This document shows, piece after piece, positions 24,401-35,573 of a stretch of DNA of 58,313 nucleotides. The position numbers and the translations under genes are program-made. The DNA is from Nemertoderma westbladi (lineage: Eukaryota; Animalia; Xenacoelomorpha): positions 1-58,313 of the forward strand of contig JAUCBJ010004126.1 of NCBI GenBank assembly GCA_032718475.1, read 5' to 3'. The notes under the pieces were generated by a model. It searched no databases, was not told the DNA's origin, and saw only the letters and a list, made by a program, of their open reading frames with translations. Position 1 is the stretch's first letter, and each line of letters starts with the position of its first letter.

Positions 24401-27400
24401 TCCTGTCAGTGGCTGTGTAAGTTATTCCAGAACGGGATGGCCGACTCCTGTCAGTGGCTGTGTAAGTTATTCCAGAACGGGATGGCCGACTCCTGCCAGT
24501 GGGTGTGTAAAGTTATTCCAGAACGGGATGGCCGACTCCTGTCGGTGGGTGTGTAAGTTATTTCAGAACGGGATGGCCGACCCCTGTCAGTGCGTATGTA
24601 AGTTATTCCAGAACAGGATGGCCGACTCCTGCCAGTGCGTATGTAAGTTATTCCAGAACGGGATGGCCGACTCCTGCCAGTGGGTGTGTAAGTTATTCCA
24701 GAACGGGATGGCCGACTCCTGCCAGTGGGTGTGTAAGTTATACCAGAACGGGATGTCCGACTCCTGCCAGTGGGTGTGTAAGTTATTCCAGAACGGGTTG
24801 GCCGACTCCTGTCGGTGGGTGTGTAAGTTATTCCAGAACGGGATGGCCGAATCCTGCCAGTAGGTGTGTAAGTTATTCCAGAACGGGATGGCTGACTCCT
24901 GCCAGTGGGTGTGTAAGTTATTCCAGAACGGGATGGCCGACTCCTGTCGGTGGGTGTGTAAGTTATTCCAGAACGGGATGGCCGACTCCTGTCGGTGGGT
25001 GTGTAAGTTTTTCCAGAACGGGGTGGCCGAATCCTGTCGGTGGGTGTGTAAGTTATTCCAGAACGGGATGGCCGACTCCTGTCAGTGGCTGTGTAAGTTA
25101 TTCCAGAACGGGATGGCCGACTCCTGTCAGTGGCTGTGTAAGTTATTCCAGAACGGGATGGCCGACTCCTGCCAGTGGGGGTGTAAGTTATTCCAGAACG
25201 GGATGGCCGACTCCTGTTGGTGGGTGTGTAAGTTATTCCAGAACGGGATGGCCGACTCCTGCCAGTGGGTGTATAAGTTATTCCAGAACGGGATGGCCGA
25301 CTCCTGTCAGTGCGTATGTAAGTTATTCCAGAACGGGATGGCCGACTCCTGCCAGTGGGTGTGTAAGTTATTCCAGAACGGGATGTCCGACTCCTGTCAG
25401 TGGGTATGTAAGTTATTCCAGAACGGGATGGCCGACTCCTGTCAGTGGGTGTGTAAGTTATTCCAGAACGGGATGGCCGACTCCTGTCGGTGGGTGTGTA
25501 AGTTATTCCAGAACGGGATGGCCAACTCCTGTCAGTGGCTGTGTAAGTTATTCCAGAACGGGATGGCCGACTCCTGTCAGTGGCTGTGTAAGTTATTCCA
25601 GAACGGGATGGCCGACTCCTGCCAGTGGGTGTGTAAAGTTATTCCAGAACGGGATGGCCGACTCCTGTCGGTGGGTGTGTAAGTTATTCCAGAACGGGAT
25701 GGCCGACTCCTGCCAGTGGGTGTGTAAGTTATTCCAGAACGGGATGGCCGACTCCTGCCAGTGGGTGTGTAAGTTATTCCAGAACGGGATGGCCGACTCC
25801 TGCCAGTGGGTGTGTAAGTTATTCCAGAACGGGATGGCCGACTCCTGTCGGTGGGTGTGTAAGTTATTCCAGAACGGGATGGCCGACTCATGTCGGTGGG
25901 TGTGTAAGTTATTCCAGAACGGGGTGGCCGACTCCTGTCAGTGGCTGTGTAAGTTATTCCAGAACGGGATGGCCGACTCCTGTCAGTGGCTGTGTAAGTT
26001 ATTCCAGAACGGGATGGCCGACTCTTGTTGCTGGGTGTGTAAGTTATTCCAGAACGGGATGGCCGACCCCTGTCAGTGCGTATGTAAGTTATTCCAGAAC
26101 AGGATGGCCGACTCCAGCCAGTGGGTGTGTAAGTTATTCCAGAACGGGATGCCCGACTCCTGTCAGTGGGTATGTAAATTATTCCAGAATGGGATGGCCG
26201 ACTCCTGTCAGTGGGTGTGTAAGTTATTCCAGAACGGGATGGCCGACTCCTGCCAGTGGGTGTGTAAGTTATTCCAGAACGGGATGTCCGACTCCTGCCA
26301 GTGGGTGTGTAAGTTATTCCAGAACGGGATGGCCGATTCCTGCCAGTGGGTGTGTAAGTTATTCCAGAACGGGATGGCCGACTCCTGTCAGTAGCTGTGT
26401 AAGTTATTCCAGAACGGGATGGCCGACTCCTGTCGGTGGGTGTGTAAGTTATTCCAGAACGGGATGGCCGACTCCTGTCAGTATGTGTGTAAGTTATTCC
26501 AGAACGGGATGGCCGACTCCTGTCGGTGGGTGTGTAAGTTATTCAAGAACGGGATGGCCGACTCCTGCCAGTGGGTGTGTAAGTTATTCCAGAACGGGAT
26601 GTCCGACTCCTGCCAGTGGGTGTGTAAGTTATTCCAGAACGGGTTGGCCGACTCCAGTCGGTGGGTGTGTAAGTTATTCCAGAACGGGATGGCCGAATCC
26701 TGCCAGTAGGTGTGTAAGTTATTCCAGAACGGGATGGCTGACTCCTGCCAGTGGGTGTGTAAGTTATTCCAGAACGGGATAGCCGACTCCTGTCGGTGGG
26801 TGTGTAAGTTATTCCAGAACGGGATGGCCGACTCCTGTCGGTGGGTGTGTAAGTTTTTCCAGAACGGGGTGGCCGACTCCTGTCGGTGGGTGTGTAAGTT
26901 ATTCCAGAACGGGATGGCCGACTCCTGTCAGTGGCTGTGTAAGTTATTCCAGAACGGGATGGCCGACTCCTGTCAGTGGCTGTGTAAGTTATTCCAGAAC
27001 GGGATGGCCGACTCCTGCCAGTGGGGGTGTAAGTTATTCCAGAACGGGATGGCCGACTCCTGTTGGTGGGTGTGTAAGTTATTCCAGAACGGGATGGCCG
27101 ACTCCTGCCAGTGGGTGTATAAGATATTCCAGAACGGGATGGCCGACTCCTGTCAGTTCGTATGTAAGTTATTCCAGAACGGGATGGCCGACTCCTGCCA
27201 GTGGGTGTGTAAGTTATTCCAGAACGCGATGTCCGACTCCTGTCAGTGGGTATGTAAGTTATTCCAGAACGGGATGGCCGACTCCTGTCAGTGGGTGTGT
27301 AAGTTATTCCAGAACGGGATGGCCGACTCCTGCCAGTGGGTGTGTAAGTTATTCCAGAACGGGATGTCCGACTCCTGCCAGTGGGTGTGTAAGTTATTCC

Positions 27401-29870
27401 AGAACGGGATGGCCGACTCCTGTCGGTGGGTGTGTAAGTTATTCCAGAATGGGATGGCCGACTCCTGCCAGTGGGTGTGTAAGTTATTCCAGAACGGGAT
27501 GTCCGACTCCTGCCAGTGGGTGTGTAAGTTATTCCAGAACGGCATGGCCGACTCCTGCCAGTGGGTGTGTAAGTTATTCCAGAGCGGGATGGCCGACTCC
27601 TACCAGTGGGTGTGTAAGTTATTCCAGAACGGGATGGCCGACTCCTGCCAGTGGGTGTGTAAGTTATTCCAGAACGGGATGGCCGACTCCTGTCGGTGGG
27701 TGTGTAAGTTATTCCAGAACGGGATGGCCGACTCTTGTCGGTGGGTGTGTAGGTTATTCCAGAACGGGGTGGCCGACTCCTGTCGGTGGGTGTGTAAGTT
27801 ATTCCAGAACTTGATGGCCAACTCCTGTCAGTGGCTGTGTAAGTTATTCCAGAACGGGATGGCCGACTCCTGTCAGTGGCTGTGTAAGTTATTCCAGAAC
27901 GGGATGGCCGACTCCTGCCAGTGGGTGTGTAAAGTTATTCCAGAACGGGATGGCCGACTCCTGTCGGTGGGTGTGTAAGTTATTTCAGAACGGGATGGCC
28001 GACCCCTGTCAGTGCGTATGTAAGTTATTCCAGAACAGGATGGCCGACTCCTGCCAGTGGGTGTGTAAGTTATTCCAGAACGGGATGCCCGACTCCTGTC
28101 AGTGGGTATGTAAATTATTCCAGAATGGGATGGCCGACTCCTGTCAGTGGGTGTGTAAGTTATTCCAGAACGGGATGGCCGACTCCTGCCAGTGGGTGTG
28201 TAAGTTATTCCAGAACGGGATGTCCGACTCCTGCCAGTGGGTGTGTAAGTTATTCCAGAACGGGATGGCCGATTCCTGCCAGTGGGTGTGTAAGTTATTC
28301 CAGAACGGGATGGCCGACTCCTGTCAGTAGCTGTGTAAGTTATTCCAGAACGGGATGGCCGACTCCTGTCGGTGGGTGTGTAAGTTATTCCAGAACGGGA
28401 TGGCCGACTCCTGTCAGTAGGTGTGTAAGTTATTCCAGAACGGGATGGCCGACTCCTGTCGGTGGGTGTGTAAGTTATTCCAGAACGGGATGGCCGACTC
28501 CTGCCAGTGGGTGTGTAAGTTATACCAGAACGGGATGTCCGACTCCTGCCAGTGGGTGTGTAAGTTATTCCAGAACGGGTTGGCCGACTCCTGTCGGTGG
28601 GTGTGTAAGTTATTCCAGAACGGGATGGCCGAATCCTGCCAGTAGGTGTGTAAGTTATTCCAGAACGGGATGGCTGACTCCTGCCAGTGGGTGTGTAAGT
28701 TATTCCAGAACGGGATGGCCGACTCCTGTCGGTGGGTGTGTAAGTTATTCCAGAACGGGATGGCCGACTCCTGTCGGTGGGTGTGTAAGTTTTTCCAGAA
28801 CGGGGTGGCCGAATCCTGTCGGTGGGTGTGTAAGTTATTCCAGAACGGGATGGCCGACTCCTGTCAGTGGCTGTGTAAGTTATTCCAGAACGGGATGGCC
28901 GACTCCTGTCAGTGGCTGTGTAAGTTATTCCAGAACGGGATGGCCGACTCCTGCCAGTGGGGGTGTAAGTTATTCCAGAACGGGATGGCCGACTCCTGTT
29001 GGTGGGTGTGTAAGTTATTCCAGAACGGGATGGCCGACTCCTGCCAGTGGGTGTATAAGTTATTCCAGAACGGGATGGCCGACTCCTGTCAGTGCGTATG
29101 TAAGTTATTCCAGAACGGGATGGCCGACTCCTGCCAGTGGGTGTGTAAGTTATTCCAGAACGGGATGTCCGACTCCTGTCAGTGGGTATGTAAGTTATTC
29201 CAGAACGGGATGGCCGACTCCTGTCAGTGGGTGTGTAAGTTATTCCAGAACGGGATGGCCGACTCCTGCCAGTGGGTGTGTAAGTTATTCCAGAACGGGA
29301 TGTCCGACTCCTGCCAGTGGGTGTGTAAGTTATTCCAGAACGGGATGGCCGACTCCCGTCGGTGGGTGTGTAAGTTATTCCAGAACGGGATGGCCGACTC
29401 CTGCCAGTGGGTGTGTAAGTTATTCCAGAACGGAATGGCCGACTCCTGTCGGTGGGTGTGTAAGTTATTCCAGAACGGGATGGCCGACTCCTGTCGGTGG
29501 GTGTGTAAGTTATTCCAGAACGGGATGGCCGACTCCTGTCGGTGGGTGTGTAAGTTATTCCAGAACGGGATGGCCGACTCCATCCAGTGGGTGTGTAAGT
29601 TATTCCAGAACGGGATGGCCGACTCCTGTCGGTGGGTGTGTAAGTTATTCCAGAACGGGATGGCCGACTCCATCCAGTGGGTGTGTAAGTTATTCCAGAA
29701 CGGGATGGCCGACTCCTGTCGGTGGGTGTGTAAGTTATTCCAGAACGGGATGGCCGACTCCTGTCGGTGGGTGTGTAAGTTATTCCAGAACGGGACGGCC
29801 GACTCTTGTCAGTGGGTGTGTAAGTTATTCCAGAACGGGAGGGCCGACTCCTGTCAGTGGGTATGTAAGT
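18442..29870. repeat. 45-bp satellite, roughly 250 copies, with internal block duplications
   Basis: Consensus GTGGGTGTGTAAGTTATTCCAGAACGGGATGGCCGACTCCTG(T/C)C(G/A); some 43-bp and 46-bp units. Confidence 0.99.
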
Positions 29871-29999
29871 GAGTTCTGTTGTTTCAGTTCACGTCAGGTC
29901 AGGTATTCTAGGTCACTGATCAAGAAAACTTGCCACCTCCATGCACCTCTTGGCACCTCCATAAAGGAGGTGCCACCTGTAGCTGCATAGACCCTCTTA

Positions 30000-30507
30000 C
30001 TTCATTGGTTTATTAACTTTATTGGTTACCTGTACGCCGCCGAATAAATTATAAAATAGCATCACTAACGTTTAAATGATTACACGGGCTGGCTCCGCAA
30101 TACTTATGCAATCTTCGTCCCATACATTCCAATCCGTGCATTGAGATCAGGCAGTGCTGGGCTACTTACTGTACCCCGGTACAGGATGGACCACTATGGT
30201 AAACATTCCTTTTCGGTTGCTGCACCAACTATCTGGAATTCGCTTCCACTATATGTGCGGAATGCCTCGACGGTCGAAACGTTTAACTCTCGTCTAAAAA
30301 CCCACCTGTTTCGATTGGATTATTCTACAGACTAATCTTTATTTTAATTTTTAATTTCACTGTTCCACAATTAAGTTTACTCAAAACTTATTTTTACTGT
30401 AAACTATATATATCTTTTTAAGATACTATAGTTGGTTTTTATCATTGCGCCCTGAACAACTGTTATAGGGCGCGTTATAAATAAATTATTATTATTATTA
30501 TTATTAC
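30000..30507 (+). mobile_element. L2-clade LINE 3' fragment
   Basis: RINYKIASLTFK*LHGLAPQYL...LRSGSAGLLTVPR...YGKHSFSVAAPTIWNSLP...LKTHLF; 3' GCGCCCT..AGGGCGC stem-loop followed by (TTA)n. Confidence 0.88.
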
Positions 30508-30578
30508 TAGGGAAAATCTGGTCCTGTAACTAGGACCCCCTTCGTTCTGAAATAAGGACGCCCTTGATCCTGGATTAA

Positions 30579-30860
30579 GGACCCATATAGTGTCCGAGTG
30601 GATACGGCGCCTGAACTGCTTACACGATAATGTTTGGTGGCGCAGGTTCGATTCCAACTAAAGGCAAATTTCGCCATATTTTGCACTGTTGTGTCCCTAG
30701 GCAAGACACTTTAGACATTAGTGCCTACGCCAACCCAGCGGTATAATGGGAACCTTGCTTTGCTGGGGTAATGATAATAAAAGCAAGCGCTTTGATAAGG
30801 TCGTAAGACCCCTAAAGGCGCCTTATAACAAATATAAGTACAATTATTATTATTTATTAT
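30579..30860 (+). mobile_element. tRNA-derived SINE with CORE-like domain and L2-type tail
   Basis: Box A TGTCCGAGTGG (30591-30601), box B GGTTCGATTCC (30645-30655), GTGTCCCTAGGCAAGACACTT...ATAATGGG core-like segment, AAGCGCTTTG..AAGGCGCC tail with (ATT)n. Confidence 0.82.
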
Positions 30861-30864
30861 ACTA

Positions 30865-32312
30865 TTTGGCCTGACCAGGCAGATGGTGATCTACCAATGG
30901 CTGGTCAGGAGCAGAGTGTTCTCATGTCCACTCTGAGTACACTTCACTGCGACCTGCACCTGGCAGCAGGGGTACAGGGCATGACCCAGCAGATAAGCTG
31001 CACAGCCAATGGTGGGGCATGTGCGCCAGAGTAGATATGGGTGATGGGCCTCGTATCTGGGAGACTGGTCAGACTGATGAGGTTCTGATTAAGGACATGG
31101 GGGCGGTTGGCGACTCGCCCTCGCGTCTGCAGATGATATTGGCAATGCAATGGTGGAATTGGTCTGTTGATGAATCCAACTGCACAGCACATGCAGCATT
31201 GGACAAAATAGGTCAAATCTCTAACCACATCATCCGTTGCCACTTCTCATGTTCTGGAAGACTGGCTAAGAAGTTTCCTAAGGTGGTTCTGATTGTGTGC
31301 TACTCTCCAACTAGTATTGCCCCTGTAGAGGAGTTTCTACCACAATCTACAAGCAGCTACTGATGGAGTGGATCAGAATGCATTCTTAACATTCCTATGA
31401 GACTTTAATGCAAGTCTGCATCAATCATCTACATCGCCCTGGGTCTATTGTAATAGTGTTAACCGAAATTCTGTCCATCTTCAGGATTTTATCATGTCTC
31501 ACCCCCTACTGGAGAGAGATCGGCAAACAATTCTTTGAGTCCCTTTTCTGATGACCTTTCTGGCCCAAACCCTGGGTCACCAGGGAGGCCAGATTGTGAG
31601 GGGGGGAGGGATTCTGGAGTTGGAGGCTACTCTCATGTTCCACCCCGACCAACAAAGCCATTGGTGAATCTGAGGCAAGTCACTAGACTAGCCTCAGTAA
31701 ACACCCTAACACTCGGGTCCCCAATGCGACAAGTTGAGCTGACTGCCTTGGCAGATATGCTTTCTCTTAGTGCAGTGGGTGTTTAAGAGCACCGAATGCT
31801 GACTGGACAGACTGATGAGGTTCTGATTAAGGACATGGGGGGCGGTTGGCGACTCGCCCTTGCGTCAGCAGATGATAGTGGCAATGGTGGAATTGGTCTA
31901 TTGATGATTCCAACTGCACATGCAGCATTGGACAAAATAGACCAAATCTCTAACCGCATCATCCATTGCCACTTCTCATGTTCTGGAAGACTGGCTAAGA
32001 AGTTTCCTAAGGTGGTTCTGATTGTGTGCTACTCTCCAACTAGTGTTGCCCCTGTAGAGGAGGTGGAAAATTTCTACGAGAATCTACAAGCAGCTACTGA
32101 TGGAGTGGATCAGCATGCATTCTTAACATTCCTGGGAGACTTTAATGCAAGTCTGCATCAATCACCTACATCGCCCTGGGTCTATAGCAATAGTGTTAAC
32201 CGAAATTCTGTCCATCCAGGATTTTATCTCTGGAAATGGATTGTTTTCGGCTGGAACCCAGTTCAAGAAGCGAACTGGAAAGCTATGGACTCACAGTGGA
32301 CTCAGGACAGCG
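30865..32312 (+). mobile_element. RTE-clade LINE 5' part (APE endonuclease), internally duplicated and degraded
   Basis: LASVNTLTL, GGIGLLM, ISNRII, VCYSPT...VENFYENL...LGDFNA; ~31063-31493 and ~31801-32228 are two diverged copies. Confidence 0.8.
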
Positions 32313-32439
32313 GGGAGATTCTTTGACTTGATTCCCTCAATCAGTCTCCGTAGCACAAGTATCTGAGCTATTGTTATGATCTACTTGGTTGAAATCGACT
32401 TTGGCTCTAACGCATCAGTTTCTCTATGTGAGGTCTAAT
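32312..32439 (-). mobile_element. Short RTE reverse-transcriptase fragment
   Basis: Clearly similar to 40291-40416 (GGGAGATTCTTTGACTT...TTTCTCTATGTGAGG). Confidence 0.85.
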
Positions 32440-32780
32440 ATGAAGTGTAAATTAAAATTTAAGCACCTTTTGATTGAAATTTGGCCAGGCAATCAATGCG
32501 CCGAAGTATGAGGATTTAAAGCGGCCCCCGCAAAACTATACTCCCCAGAGAAAACTGGTGCTCATTTATTTACCCTTTATATATGTAAAGCATTCAGTTG
32601 GGCATCTCTGTAAATAATAAATAAATAATAACAACAATAACAAAAATAATAAAAACTGACGGTTTCACACTTATTTTATTTTATATATGTTGTGAATCAA
32701 TATAATAATTATAATAACTGCCCTATACCAAACTACTTAAATGCGGTGATTGAAACCCAGTATGGCCTACAAAGTATGGA

Positions 32781-33606
32781 CACTGAGCGAAAGTGTAGAC
32801 AAACTCTCACAGAGCCTAGGCTACACACTGAGCGAAAGTGTAGACAAACTCTCACAGAGCCTAGGCTACATCACGTTATTAAACTGGTTACATAGAATGT
32901 TTGAAATCCAGTATGGCCTACACACTGAGCGAAAGTGTAGACAAACTCTCACAGAGCCTAGGCTACACACTGAGCGAAAGTGTAGACAAACTCTCACAGA
33001 GCCTAGGCTACACACTGAGCGAAAGTGTAGACAAACTCTCACAGAGCCTAGGCTACACACTGAGCGAAAGTGTAGACAAACTCTCACAGAGCCTAGGCTA
33101 CACACTGAGCGAAAGTGTAGACAAACTCTCACAGAGCCTAGGCTACATCACGTTATTAAACTGGTTACATAGAATGTTTGAAATCCAGTATGGCCTACAC
33201 ACTGAGCGAAAGTGTAGACAAACTCTCACAGAGCCTAGGCTACACACTGAGCGAAAGTGTAGACAAACTCTCACAGAGCCTAGGCTACACACTGAGCGAA
33301 AGTGTAGACAAACTCTCACAGAGCCTAGGCTACATCACGTTATTAAACTGGTTACATAGAATGTTTGAAATCCAGTATGGCCTACACACTGAGCGAAAGT
33401 GTAGACAAACTCTCACAGAGCCTAGGCTACACACTGAGCGAAAGTGTAGACAAACTCTCACAGAGCCTAGGCTACACACTGAGCGAAAGTGTAGACAAAC
33501 TCTCACAGAGCCTAGGCTACACACTGAGCGAAAGTGTAGACAAACTCTCACAGAGCCTAGGCTACATCACGTTATTAAACTGGTTATATAGAATGTTTGA
33601 AATCCA
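32781..33606. repeat. Compound tandem repeat: 45-bp unit in blocks of 2, 5, 3 and 4 separated by a constant 52-bp linker
   Basis: Unit CACACTGAGCGAAAGTGTAGACAAACTCTCACAGAGCCTAGGCTA; linkers at 32869-32920, 33146-33197, 33333-33384 and a partial one at 33565-33606. Confidence 0.97.
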
Positions 33607-34153
33607 TGTTTATGTACTAGATAAATGTAGGGCCTGTATGTACTAGATGAATAAAGGGCCTTCTCTCAGAAACATTTTAATAATGTAAATAGTCCTCAAT
33701 TCCGTAAGCGTTGTTGACAGAGAGAACAAGTAGATTTTCTTTTTATAGTTAAATTAATCTTTGTTTCCAGCCACGAAGTAATTGAACCACGGGACCTTTG
33801 GGTTAAACCCACGTTTCCTGAAGACGTTACCCAACTTTATCATTCTCCCTTCTAGCTTTTTCGGCTCAACGTGTTTTATCTGTCGAATTGTTTCTCTTTC
33901 ATATGTTTTATACTCACTGAAAATAGTAACATATATAGTAAATTAAAAACGAAATATATAAAAAAAACTAAATATATCTGAAATACAAAAATTTATTTAA
34001 TTAGGATTACACATAAAGATTTGCAGTTTGTTTCAGCCATCGTAATTAGGTTCCTTTATGTTTCTTACTGTAGTTACAAATACTATTACTACTACTAGGT
34101 CGAGCTACTAGATTTTTTTTTTTTTTTTTTGCTGTATTTTGATCTGTTTTACA

Positions 34154-35316
34154 ATGGATATCATAACTTATCAATCGCTCAGCCAGTCGAAAAGGGACAA
34201 GCTAAATAAAAAGGATCTGAATAAGATCCTTCAAAGCGTCGCCGTTGGTCCAAGAAAATCTGTGGAGATTATTCAAGGTACCGGTAGGCGGCCATGTCAA
34301 TCTGAATCCGAGGAGGAATGCGATAGTCACGATCTCGACAACAGTTCTGTGGACAATTCTAGTCTCGGTACAGGTCTATCCAATGTCGATCTCAAAGATA
34401 TTCTCACTGCAATTAATGGTTTGAAAGGTGACATATCGTTCCTCTCCAAGACCTCGCGTTCGTCCTCCGACGAGCTAGGGACAATTCGGAAAAGGCTCGA
34501 TGGGATTGAGAAAAGTCAACAGTTTATCGGTGATAAATACGACGAATTTGTTAACAGAGTTGAATCTGTATCTAAAGAAAACGATATTCTCAAGGCGATG
34601 GTGGAGGAGCAAGGTAAGCTGATCATGTATCTCGAGAATGCTAAATTCAAATCCGATCAGGACAAACTCAAAGCAAACTTAGTTATCGATGGTATTCCAG
34701 CTGAAGTAAAGGATAAAGATCTTTTGGATGTCGTTCTCAAGATGGAGGGGTTTGCGAAGTTAACATGGACTGTGGAATGATCAAGAATTGTTCCAGGATT
34801 GTTCCGAATCTGATACCAGGCCATTCAGCTGCATCTCATATAAGGTCAAATAACTCGACGATCAGTCGTCCAGATCCTGTGCTATGTGAGTTTGTCAACA
34901 ACACCATGCGGAACAATCTTCTCCTAAAAAAGAAAAAACTGGGAGAAGTGTCGGAAATCGTATCAGGAACAACCCGAGTCTCAAGGGTTTATTTGAAGGA
35001 GCATCTCTCGCCTCGTAACCACTTTATATACCGCAACAGTCTCACTTTCCGCAAGAAGTTTGGTTTTCGCTATATCTGGACCCGTGATGGAGTTACTTTT
35101 ATCCGGCGATCTGATGATTCCCCACCCATTAAAGTTACTTCTATCGACCAGCTTAATGCTCTGGATCGGAATATCAAGAACCAATCAGCTAACAGCAGTG
35201 CTCCCAGAGGCGAGGTATCTAGCAGCGTTGTACCTCCAGGCCCCCCTCCCGTGGTGAGTAATAATAACATCTCTTCAAATATCTTCTCGCAGCTATCCAG
35301 CCAGGAAGCTATGTAA
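34154..35316 (+). pseudogene. LINE ORF1 (coiled coil, RRM-like region, FP-protein-like C-terminus), one frameshift near 34770
   Basis: LDGIEKSQQFIGDKYDEF, NLVIDGIP, VYLKEHLSPRN, FRYIWTRDGVTFIRR. Confidence 0.85.
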
Positions 35317-35573
35317 TCACAATATTCACATATAATTTTCGCCTCTACCCGGTGGACTTTCTTGCCGTAGGGCTTTCTCATTTTAGAACAATGCGTACTC
35401 TAATAACATACCAATTTAATAGCATTATTGTATATGTTAAATAAATTCATTATGAATAATATAACAAACACATTACAATCATTATATCACACTAATTCAT
35501 TCTAACGATCGCCTCAAACCTCTTAATCACTAACCTGCTCACTGAACCTTCCATATTGTCTTAAATATTCTCT

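Noticed and set aside
18446-29990. Cys-rich or Ser/Arg-rich repeat proteins from the 45-bp satellite
   Set aside because: The unit length is a multiple of 3, several frames on both strands are open, and stops and frameshifts are scattered without frame preference.
30579-30660. tRNA gene
   Set aside because: A and B boxes are present but there is no convincing cloverleaf, and the sequence continues into a SINE body and tail.
32781-33606. CRISPR-like repeat/spacer appearance
   Set aside because: The linkers are identical rather than unique, units are directly adjacent, there are no cas genes and the context is eukaryotic.
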